A stretch of 63,123 bases of DNA, the filler included, from Bipalium vagum (taxonomy: Eukaryota), in the NCBI GenBank assembly GCA_037834085.1. It is 3 parts of 3 records of this genome, joined end to end, with 100 filler letters (N's around TTAATTAATTAA, not from the genome) between each part and the next. Parts side by side here need not be neighbours in the genome. Positions count along the whole stretch, not along the records: positions 30,474 to 46,957 come from JBBMKC010109287.1; positions 47,058 to 63,123 come from JBBMKC010128672.1; 1 more part is not named here. The stretch is one strand, 5' to 3'. The notes under the pieces are model-generated. The model did not search any database. It was not told the origin of the DNA and saw nothing but the letters and a program-made list of their open reading frames with translations. Numbering within the stretch: the stretch's first letter is position 1; each line of letters starts with the position of its first letter. Made by a program: the position numbers and the translations under genes. Of the stretch, positions 38,477 through 49,990 are shown piece by piece.

Positions 38477-39486
38477 ATGCCTGCTATTCTAAAACTGATG
38501 CTTTTTCTGCCATTTATTATGCAACAGGAGAAAATCTTCGAAGATATTCTCATTTGGTATTCTTTAAGCATCATGTTGTGCTTTTTTGGATTTTTTACCA
38601 ATTTGTGGTGTGGTTTAATAATCGTCTTATCCAAATCATTATGGAAATCTCCCTTTTATAGAATTATCCTTGTCATAATCATCTCCGGTCTCATAATTAA
38701 TTTAATTTGCATCCCATTTGAATCAACACAGACTTTTCTGAAAATCCATAAAAATCAGATTTTTGGAACCAATCTTGGCTGCATGGTGGAAGGAACGATT
38801 TTTAATGTGGTTGTAGCCATATCAAACATGAATAAAATGATTGCGGCTGGATATCGAGCCTGGGGCGCTGTGTTCCCCTCAAAATATTATCTGATTTCCA
38901 ACATGAGGGTATTTATAATTTTGACCCTGACAATATCATTTGCTCCGCCAATTGTATTTTTTGTTTGTTGCGCCAATACCCTTGTCTGGTACATTGTGGA
39001 TCCAACTCTAGGGAACTGTTATGAAATATCTCCAAATATGGCAGTCAGTTTATTTATAAATCTTTTTTTTCTCTCATACCAGTACTCATAAGTTTTTTAT
39101 TCTATACATCCATTATAATCAAATTTCTGATGATAAAAACAGATTTTAATATGAGAAAGAACACGTTGAAAAGAGCTAGGGGCTCTTTGGGTTTAGGGCT
39201 GACGTTGTTGATTTACGGTTTGTGTATTATAGCTTACTGGATTGTTTTTAGTTCTAAGGAAAATGATTTTAGAAAGATTATATTGGTACAGTTTACCCTC
39301 AGAGCATCTTTTAGCATAGCACCGGTAAGTGAATTATTGATACTTTGTGCTTATATGAGACTTTATTTTCAGTTGTTCTACTTAACTCTCGACAAAAATA
39401 TTCTGAAGAGTTCGAAAGACTTTTTGAGAAACTCGAAGAATCGTTCAGACAACAGAGTTTCCGAAAATCCGACCACTACTTTCTGA
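38477..39486 (+). CDS. Orphan rhodopsin-class 7TM GPCR, copy 1 (apparent 1-nt frameshift in a T homopolymer)
   Basis: Exons 38477-39324 and 39373-39486, with a 48-nt GTAAGT...TTTCAG intron. Seven hydrophobic segments, N1.50, C3.25, GYRAW (DRY position), P5.50/Y5.58 and spliced APLFY (NPxxY). One extra T at 39063-39070 joins the two ORFs colinearly with copy 2. Confidence 0.85.
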
Positions 39487-40064
39487 ATTTCCCAGAACCC
39501 TTTATAATTCTTCCCTACATTATTATCTGCATAAATTTTTCATGTCACTATACTTAAAATTCGAATCCAGAAGTTTCTTGATAAAGCCTTTAGAAACTGA
39601 AAACGGTTAAGAACTGAGATATTCATCATTTCGAAGTACTTATTCTAATATTTTGATTTATTTATTGTTGAGATATTTTGTGCTCGTTTGTTTTTGTTCT
39701 CAAATCTCCAATTATGTTTTTGTCATAAAACACATATATTATGAGAAAAAAGTAATCATATATGAGAGGTCATCCTTCATATTTGGAGGGTATGACAGTA
39801 CATTCAATTGTACATTTTATGTGACGCTACTTTGTTATTTTTATACTTTATCAAATTTGAAATCTTTGAAAATAGACGGTAAATAACTTGAAAAATCTAA
39901 ATGCAAAATTTCGGAGAATTTTAAAATTTTGTTACTTTTGTTTAGCATTAAAAATTTTAAGCGATAAGAACAATGAGAAATAACAATTAAAATCATAAAA
40001 ACTTTAATCTGTATTAATAAATATTTTAGTTAAAATAAATTTAGTTCATTTAAAAACTTTAAAA

Positions 40065-42257
40065 CATGGTTTCCGCATCTATGGGTCGCGATTCCAAATG
40101 GGGTCCATAAGAGTTTTTTGGGGGTCGCCAAAAAATAATTTGAAATTTAAAATATTTTAAATTATTTAAAATTGCATGTTTGTGTTTTATTATTCATTTT
40201 GTAAAGACAATATTTCAAATATTTTAAAATTTTTTTAAACTTATTATCATGAAAGTATATTTAGTAATTAAAAGTTTTATAATAAATCACTTATCTAAGT
40301 AGCGCTTTACTTTGTGGTACAATTTAAAAAACTATTGCATAATCATCATATAATTTACCACATGTACCACATAAATTTTGATGACATTATAAATTATAAT
40401 TATAACCACACAAATAGGATCGAATCAATGTGGTGGCCGATGAAGAATTGGTTTTGGAAACGACAGCCGAATGAAGAGGCATTTGAGGCCACTTTATGAG
40501 AATATCTCGCCAGACGGGAATGGCGCTTAAATGGTGTCGATGGCGTTGAAGAGTTGCTACGATATATACGGGATTATTATACCATTTCATAGAATAAATT
40601 TTGGTAGATTAAATAAATCAACATCAAATAAATTTAATTTTACCACTTATTAATTGTTGTTAATTTAACGATTGTGAAATGATTACATACAAACGTAATT
40701 TTTAAAATTGTACCACAAAGTTAAGCGCAACCGAAGTAAATCCATATTTGATATAATCTGGATCATATACACGTTTTCTAGTCATAGTTTGTGTTTTCTA
40801 AATAGATAAGGGTTGCGCTTTACTTTGTGGTACAATTTAAAAAATTACGTTTGTATATAATTTTGATGGAAATTAAAATTTCACCTTTACTTGCATTGCC
40901 GGTAGACAAATCAACGGATAAAACTTCATATGCTCAATTGCTTGTCTTCGTAAGGTATATTCATTTAAAAGAAATGAAAGAAGAGTTGTTATTTTGTAGA
41001 CATCTAGAATCTACTGCTCAAGGAGAAGATATTATGAATACGATTAATAATTTCTTTTTACTGAATGAATTGGATTTTGAAAAAAATTGTGGAATTTTAC
41101 GGAATTTGCTCCAGCTATGCTAGGATCAAATTCTGGTTCTCTAAAGAGAGCAAGAGATTATGATACTGAAGCCAAAGGTTTACACTGCATGATTCAACGA
41201 TGTGCTCTAGGTTGTAAAACTTTTCTAAATCCAAAGAAAGAGGCACTTGATTTTTTGATCAGAATAGTAAATTACATAAAATCTGGATCTCTAAACAGTC
41301 GTCTTTTTAAGCAATTAAACAAAGACATGAACTCTGATCACGAGGTGTTTTTTTATTTTACTGAAGTGCGATGGTTATCAAAAGGAAATATGGTTGGTCT
41401 AATTTATGAGTTGAAAGAAAACATCAAAAAATTCATAGAAGTACACGAAAATATGAATTTGCGGTATATTTTGATGATCAGTCTTGGTTGTGTAGAATCA
41501 CTTATCTATCAGATATATTAGAACAAGAAAATATCCTGAATCTTAGATTAAAAGGAAGAGATTTAACTATTATTGAATTTCAAGATAATCTTAAATCATT
41601 CATAGCCAAACTGCAAAACTGGCGAAGTAAAATGGATACAGGAAACATGATAATGTTTGAAAAACTATCCAGTATAATAGAAGAGTTTAAATGTCAATTT
41701 AAATATTTTGAAAATGAGCTTGTGTATTATTTCTTTTAAGTTAACTAAGGAAGAAGCTTTACTGGTGAGATATCCATTTTCTGATTCCATTGATATATCC
41801 AGTATTCCTGATGATGTGAAAAATGAATTCTTGAAATTTCGGCTTTGATTCTTATATGACAAAAATCTGCTAACTCAGTTCTGGTGTGCTATGTATCACT
41901 TATATCAAAAAGTCACAATGATTGCGTTTAGAATTTTACTTCCCTTTGGTTCAACATACCTATGTGAGAGTGGATTTTCAACACTTCTGTAATTGAAAAG
42001 CAAAGCAAGAAACCGACTTAATGTTAATGCCGAAATGATGTTGGCATTAACACAAACGCAACCACGTATTTTAAAGTTAGTCAATGAGTTACAGTATCAA
42101 CAGTCTCATTAAGATTTGGTGATTGAATAAATGTTTTGTTATTAATAATAAATTATTAGTAGAAGTAATTGTTATTGTATTTTATATATAGTGGGGTCGC
42201 CAACATTTGTTTGGTTCAAAAATGGGGTCGCGATACCAAAACGGTTTGATAACACTG
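40065..42257 (+). mobile_element. hAT transposon, Buster/Charlie (ZBED8-like) family, defective
   Basis: Perfect 8-bp TSD CTTTAAAA (40057-40064 and 42258-42265; NNNTANNN pattern), CA(G)TG termini and subterminal GGGTCGC repeats. Transposase motifs LPVDKSTD, APAMLG, HCMIQR, EVRWLSKG and FGSTYLCESGFS. Confidence 0.95.
40298..40732 (+). mobile_element. Merlin (IS1595/IS1016-like) deletion derivative nested in the hAT; extra end at 40811-40857
   Basis: TIRs GGTTGCGCTT(T/A)ACTTTGTGGTACAATTT. The interior encodes the ISXO2-type C-terminus HTNRIESMWWPMKNWF...EAFEATL*EYLARR. Confidence 0.85.
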
Positions 42258-43059
42258 CTTTAAAAGGACATCATTCGATATAGCTTCAGCATTTTTTTTA
42301 AATGATTAATTTAATCTCAAAGTAATATTACCTTTTAGCTCTACTTTGTAATTGTATAGTATATTATTTAATTATATCGAAAGTCGTCGCTATTTAAATC
42401 GCTGCGCGCTCATAAAACGCTCTGATAATACAAAATCATTCTGTAAGTCTGGATCCGAAAAAAATTGTATAACATAAGAAATATTAAATTCATAAATATT
42501 ACATCAACCTTGACAGAGGGCCTGCAGTGATTTCAAACTTCAATCCTTTAATGAAATATTTTATTTCTATTTATTATTACAGTTGTTTAGATTTTAAAGT
42601 ATATCGTCATATTTATCATTCCTCTTATTTTTTGAAGTTAATATCGTTACATTAATATATATATTCTAAAAACGGTTAAAAAATAGATAAAAAACTACAA
42701 ACTTATTAAATCAAAATTTTAATTTATTCTCCCGCGGGAGAATCTATAAATAGTTTTTACATTAGTGACCAAAATTTTTCTTTTTCAAGAACTTCTTCAA
42801 TGATTTTAATGCTTGCTTTAGTTACGTGTTACGTATTTATGTTTTGTTTGAATAAATACTTTTTATAACTCTGACGTCTTTTCAATGTGTAGTAAAGAAG
42901 AACTAACTGCTTTAATATAACTAATTGTTATATTAAGTATATACCATGTGATACTAATTGGTTTATCGTGAATTTTTCTAATTTCTAATACCAAAAAGTA
43001 TTCTAAAAAGGAGTCAGCCTGTATGTTTCAAAATAATTAATCATTTATGTTACATAACT

Positions 43060-43620
43060 AAGCTTAAGAAAAAAGACCTATGAAACATATGTAATTGATC
43101 AAAACTTTCTTTATCATTTTCTATTGACATAATAAATCTTTAATTCCTTTGTCTTGGAAACTGAGATTTCTGAACTCAAAACTGAGGAATGATATTTTGA
43201 ATATCACCTTTGTTTGTAAAAATCTTATTGGTTAGAAATGTATCCATATGCCTGTAATGATAATCTAATGGCGAGATGTTCTGTGAATAAATTGGATTAA
43301 ATTTCTTAGTTTAAATTATCTAATTTTTGTGCTGTCATTCTCGAAATATAGGACTAGGTAACACTCAATTCTTTAGCTAGTTTTCTAACCGATTATATCA
43401 TATCGCTTTCAATTACTTTTTTCAAATGGTGGTTACTTACGACAGGTCTTTGACAGTGATAATTTTTAAAGCTGGAGTTACCACCTTTAAAATTCTGAGA
43501 ATATCTTTGTGAATAATTGTTCTCTTACATTAAAATTACTTGATTCAAAATTATTATTTAGGTTTTTTTGGTACTTTGTAATGAAGTATGAGATTAAATG
43601 AAAATATGATGCTCAACATT
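43060..43620 (-). mobile_element. Highly degenerate mariner remnant
   Basis: RILKVVTPA..HCQRPVVSNHHLKKVIESD N-terminal segment; PIYSQNISPLDY and KGDI near the C-terminus. Confidence 0.5.
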
Positions 43621-44710
43621 CTCATAAAATGAAACAGGTAAAGTGTAATTTTAAACTGAGCTGCTTTCTCTTAGAAATATTTAAAAAACAAAATAAAACT
43701 TAGATATTGATTAACATTCAGTGTTGGTTGCTTATGGAACGTTTATTGATATTTCGTATTTGTTTTGGTAAATTTTGAATGATTTCACAGTAAAATCTGA
43801 AAAGTTCCAATCCACTTTTGTAATTCAAGTCTTATGTCCTGTCGAAGAGCATGAAGATTTTTTTTAAATATAGGCCATCAAAACAGAAGATTTGACTAAG
43901 CTTCACAAGCAAACGTTTGACGAATTTGTGTGGGTCTGGAGTGATATTTTTACACTGAACTTTTAACATATCCCCCTGAGCAACATTATACACGACCGAT
44001 GAGGAAAATATCTATTAATATTAATGACACATTTTTCAGAAAATATAAAAATATTTCAATCAATTTTATTGGATGGGTAAATTTAATTAAATTCATCACC
44101 TACTGAATAATATATTATGTAAGATGATAATACATTTACAGCTCTTTCTACCAGGAGACTCTTTCACAAAGGAGGAGAAAAATTTGAAGTCGCTGGACCT
44201 TTTCCAGCAGAATTATGACAGTTCTGTACCAGTCTTACAATTATTATTATGAAATAGGAGAGGAATTGAAATAAGGCATATTTGGGAAATGTTATGACAA
44301 TTATGGCTTTGGAGAAATAGGATTAATTGATTAAACGTCGCGTTTGCTGTGAAATGGCAATCATCATATTAGGGTGTGGACTGAAGAATGTATTCAACAA
44401 GAAATAAAAGAGAAAATATTGCTTTCAGACTAGGTTCAAAGGAGAAAGCATATCTAAATAATTCTTTGTCAAAACGGTAATCATGGTTTCCAAAAATCAT
44501 TAGTGCCCAATTGAGAATTATATTTTTTAGACTGGGATCAAAGGACAGAATATTTTTATTAAAGTCTCTTAAAAAACCTTACCCGTGGTTTCAATACACC
44601 CAAACGCAAAAATGATTAATTAATGACTTTCTATTTCTCTTCGAGAGACAAAAAAGGTTTTCAGTGAATTAAGTGAAGAGTTATCCAAAGTGTAAATGAA
44701 GGTGTAATGT

Positions 44711-45728
44711 TCAATTTGAAGAAATGTGGTTTTCGTGAATTCGATTGTTAAAAAGGTTCGTTGGTTTCTTGAGGAAAGCTTTGCAATTCTTCAAAATATT
44801 TCTGTCGAGGGTTATATAAAACAACTAAAATAAATTAACTTATTTCATCACATTTAATTATTAGTTCACTCACCGGTGCCATACCATACGATGCTTTAAC
44901 GATAAACTTCAACCAAAAGATCTTTCTGAAATTTGTCCCATCAGCCTTGTTATTAAAATTCGTCCAGTAAACCACGTTACACATAGCGTAAATCAACATA
45001 CTCAACCCCAGACCTAAACTTCCTCTGGCTCTTTTTAATGTGTTTTTCCTCATTGTCAAATCCGATCGTATCATCAGAAATCGAACAACGATAGACAAAT
45101 AACATAAAAAGCTTATAAAAATCGGGATGAAAAAGAGAAGCAAATTTACAATTACTGTCACTGCTAAATTTAGTAACATGTCGGCACAGTCTCCCAGAAT
45201 TGGATCTATAATATACCAAATAAAGGTTTTAGTGCCGCCAACAAAAAATAAAAATACTGGAACAAAGGAAATACTTAATATCAAGATTGTAACTATTCTG
45301 ATCTTTGAAATTATGTGATATTTTGAAGGGAGTACAACGGCCCAGGCCCGGTATCCAGCCGCTATCATCTTACTCATATTCGACATAGATACACCTGCAC
45401 TTAAAATTGTTCCTTCAACCATGCAACCAACGTCGTCTCCCAAATTCCTATTCCAATAGATTTTCAAAAAGTTCTGAGTCGTTTCAAATGGTATACAAAT
45501 TGCGTTAGTTATGAGATCGGGAATGATTATGGCAAGGATTATTCGATAAAAGGAAGATTTCCATAATGATTTTGATAAAACGATTATTGAGCCGCACAAT
45601 AAATTACCAAGAAATCCAAAACAGCATATTACAATGCTTAGAATATACCAAATTAAAATATCTTCGAAGACTTTTTCTTCTGACATAATAACTGCCAGAA
45701 GCAGCATGAATTTTAAATGAGGAAACAT
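44711..45728 (-). CDS. Orphan rhodopsin-class 7TM GPCR, copy 2, intact, with Lys at the opsin retinal-binding position
   Basis: Exon 45728-44874 (the start could instead be MSEEK), 49-nt GTGAGT...TTTTAG intron, exon 44824-44711 (LFYITLDRNILKNCK...SSN*). Motifs GN1.50, D2.50, C3.25, R3.50, P5.50/Y5.58 and KASYGMAPLFY. Confidence 0.9.
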
Positions 45729-46957
45729 CCTCGACGATGATTGGCTGGTAGAAATTTCTGTTAGAGAAGAAAAAACCAAGGTAAGCCTTGAAGTGAAATC
45801 AATTAGACAATCATTAAATGACAATTCAAAACATAGAAAAGGATGTCCAATTAAAGAACTTCATTAATATATTTCACAAATTGTTTAATTTTTTATAATA
45901 ATAGTATTTATAATCATTAGTAATAATAAATAAATAAAATATTTTCCAGTAAGATTATTGTTCTTCATCTCTAATTAAAACCCGAAAATAAATGATGTGA
46001 GCCAATCAAAATATCAAATGCTCAAAGACATGACAAAGTCATTTTGCAACATAACAACGCTTGGTCACATGTTTCATGAATTTTAAATAATGACGTACAA
46101 CCCTACCTACCGCATCTGCAATACATTGATTCTTATGACTTTCATCACTTTCAATTGATGAGTTATGCCCTAGACGATGTGTAATTCTAATCTTAATAAA
46201 AAGCTTTTTATCAAAATTAAACAAAGATTAATAACAAGAACAGTTTATAGAATTAAAAATTAAAGGAGGAATATGCCTAATATTGAAACAAAAATGAAAC
46301 TTGTAGAAAAACCACATCGAAAGTAAACGATATCATTTAATTATTTTGATAAATTGAAACACCTTCCACAACGTATCCATATTAATAAGAAAATGAATAT
46401 AATAGTAATAATTTTTAAGAAAGAATTCCAAATTTTTAGTGTAACTACAGATAAAATTACAGGTTTATTACAGGCTCATGGGTCTGTATTTGAGTGAGCT
46501 TATACTTCTGAGATTTGTAAAATTCAATTTATCAATATTTTTAAACTATTTTATTGATGTATTTGTACAATCCCATCCATATGTTTTGGACCATCTCTAA
46601 AATTTCGATAAAATGAACATAAATAATTATAAGTACTTTAATCCTGTCTATATTTAAATAAATGATAGAATATGTTGAAATTTATGTTTCCAATCAAAAA
46701 TCCCCAAAGTAAAATGTTTGTAAATGTAGAAAAACCAATTTGTTCAGAAACATCAATTTTTAATTCATTTTGAATACAAGACTAAAACGCCAATAAAATA
46801 TCTTTTATTTACATGTCAAATAATCAAACGCATAATAATAAAAATTCAACCTGATGAAAAATCGCGATACTCGAATTCAATACCTTGTACTCATGCCTTT
46901 ATTTTTAATGACCTCTTGCATCCTTCTTGGCATGCTTTCATATAGATTTTTAATTTT

Positions 46958-47057
46958 NNNNNNNNNNNNNNNNNNNNNNNNNNNNNNNNNNNNNNNNNNN
47001 NTTAATTAATTAANNNNNNNNNNNNNNNNNNNNNNNNNNNNNNNNNNNNNNNNNNNN
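46958..47057. other. Artificial assembly gap spacer
   Basis: N44-TTAATTAATTAA-N44, identical in layout to 30374-30473. Confidence 0.97.
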
Positions 47058-47157
47058 TAAAAAATTAAAAATACACGTGTTTGTAAAAGTTATTTTTGTT
47101 TTACATCGGTTAGTCTTTTAGTGGCCACCCTGTAAATTATTAAAAGCTTATTATATA

Positions 47158-47410
47158 ATGACACAATCATCTACCAATGTCAATAAAATCCGAAATAAGA
47201 AGTGTTTGAAAACTATGAAAATTGAGCCCATTTTATGTGATTGGTTCCAAAATCAAAGACATAGAAACGTTACAATTAGCTCGGAACTTTTAAAGTACAA
47301 AGCACTTGATATTGATAAAAAGTTTCAACTTGATGATTCCAAATCATCAGGATGGCTTACTTCATTCATAAAGTGAAATGGTTTATGCTCCAAAAGGATT
47401 TATTGAGAAG
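47158..47410 (+). mobile_element. pogo/Tigger CENP-B-type HTH fragment
   Basis: IEPILCDWFQNQRHRNVTISSELLKYKA...SSGWLTSFIK. Confidence 0.8.
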
Positions 47411-49089
47411 CAAATCTATTCAAAAGAGGTAGGCCAAATGTAAAAGAGGAAGGAGAAAGTTAGATGGTCGAAGATGCTCTTAAATAGATTATCAATAATG
47501 GAAAAATAAACTCTTGATGAATTACAGAGAACAAATAAACAGAAAAAAACTATAAATGGGTTTTCATCGCATAAAAGAATCGAAATAATAGAGATTATTA
47601 CATCATTAAAAAATGCAAGATATATAAAACGCAACTTCAAATAACTAAAATTCCATAATACTAGAGAGAGGCGACAATTTGCTTCTATTATTTTGAATAG
47701 ATATTTTCTTGTGAAAATAATAACTAGCAAGATAATGAATAACTCGGACCCACTAGTGGATTGGAAGAAAAAGGTACGACAGAAATACATAAGCTTAAAA
47801 GAAATCTAAATGTCTCGGTCCCGATAGAAATGGAGGTAGCCTATTAGATAATAATTTTACTCTAGTAGTTTATCTGACAACATAGAGGAGGGAATGCAAA
47901 AAAGAGATGATGAGGAACGGCCATGTGCTGGCCGTAAATAGTAATACGGTTGTCGGTAAATAAATTTTTTCCAATATACTTTAAATCGTCTTTACTTGCT
48001 ATGATTCCAAATATCAAAAATGAAATTGCTTTAGCTAACAGAGACAGTATTTCATTATTAATTCCTGTTAATATTTATCAATAATGACTTAAATTAAAAA
48101 ATTTTAAGACGAATTTAATATTACCAGGCAAAAATAGGTAACAACCCAAACAAACAATATCTTGAGAGATTCATTCATATATGTCCTTGGAACTTAGTAT
48201 TAAAAATTCCATCAGAAATATTTGCTACAACTTCGACAATTTTTTAAGATTTGTTAAAAAAAATAAACTTAATAATACTTAAACAAATTTCACAATTCAA
48301 TAAATTAATGTGCCTTTTTAAAGTTTACAAACATTTTAAAATAAGTTCGAAGTTTTAAATTCTAAAAAGATTTTCTTACATATCATAAAACAAGAATTTA
48401 AATATCAGATATTTTATAAAAATTTTAAAACATTCTGAAATATGAATAAATACTCACAATATTGATAAGCAATGGCAAAGAATGATGCTTTTAAATATTA
48501 TAGTGAAAATAATTAGTGGAAATATTAAAAAAATATGCACATGTTTTCGCCCATTATAAATTTTAATAAAATAATTACTTTTAAATTCATTAGGATGTGT
48601 TGGATTGAAAAAAATTAAATACCTTTCGTAAGTAGTTCCATTTCGAAGAATCTTCTCTTGAAGACATGGAGACTAAAATTTTTATGAAGTCTTCAGTTTT
48701 ATTTTTCGTGTATATCTGGAAAAGTTTTTACAAAAAAATTATTTATTTCAAATGATATTTATAAAAAATGATAATAAAATAAAATTTATAATATAAAAAT
48801 TACATATCAGAAAGTAACAAGTTCTGAGTGAATGTTGCAATTTATAATTGGAAAATGAAATTATTATCATACCAATAATAATATTATTAATAGTAATAAT
48901 AATGAAATTATTCAGTTGAATGAAAAGGAATAAATAGAATCAAATAATTTTAAGGTAACATATAAAATTGATTTTTTTTCAGATCACCAAGTTTTATTTC
49001 ATTACATAAGTAAATTAATTCATCGTCTATGTATAAGATAAATTGTTAAAAATGCTTTTAAAAATATATCAAAAGATTTAAAAATGTAT

Positions 49090-49990
49090 ATGTTTGTAAA
49101 AACACCAATATTTAATCAAAAAAGTAATCACCACCAAGCTCTAAAACTCTTATCTATCGGCTTATTAAGTTTCCTATCCCAGTTTTAAAATATATTGAGT
49201 TTCTGCAGTTCAAGTATTGTGTAATGCATTTTTCAAATCCTCATAAGACTTTATGATTGTTCCATTTGGAAATAGCTCTAATGATCTGAAGAGGTTAATT
49301 CTGACGGATGAGTGAAAATCTCACACCCAAGCTCCATAATTTTTTCTAGTTATTCATGCAACATGAGGTAGGTCATTGTCATGATTGGGGATAGCATTTT
49401 TCCTATTGAGAACTAAATTTTTTCAGAAATGGCTGGTTTCAATCTATTAACCTGATCCCAATAATATTTTGTAGTTATGGATTCCTCGGCTTTAAGTATT
49501 TCAAAATGAACAACTTCTTGAATGTTTCACCAAACACTAGAGATTTTATCATTTATGGATATGTGACTTAAAACTTTTCTGGGTGCTTCTCCAATGGAAA
49601 CTCATTGTTTTTTATAACTGTGTTGTCATACATTATCCATTTCTCGCAATTTAAGTCCATACTTCATATCAAAATACAATAGAGATTTTTTCGAATCACT
49701 GAGATCATAAAGAACTCATTTTCGGAATGCAGAAACTTCCAAATGGATTTCAAGTATCTTTAATCTGCTTCTCGTGTGTTATATGTCCTATCTGAAATTT
49801 CTCCAATTGTTTGAATATTATCTTCTTCCACCACAGTCCGCAATTCATCTTCATGAAATTGAACATGGCGAAAATTTTTCAAATCATTTTGAATGACAAA
49901 ATTTTCTCTCAGAAATCTGTTGAACCATCGTTGATACTTAAAAATGTCCAAGGATAATAATTTTGCATCTTCTGATAAAAACGGCATTAC
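49090..49990 (-). mobile_element. Degenerate mariner remnant
   Basis: QRWFNRFL, DELRTVVEED, EKWIMYDN, HDNDLPH and NLFRSLE motifs in broken frames. Confidence 0.7.

Noticed and set aside
45729-45824. N-terminal extension of the 329-aa GPCR ORF
   Set aside because: It starts at a non-ATG codon and is not shared with the paralogs, whose alignment begins at the ATG at 45728.
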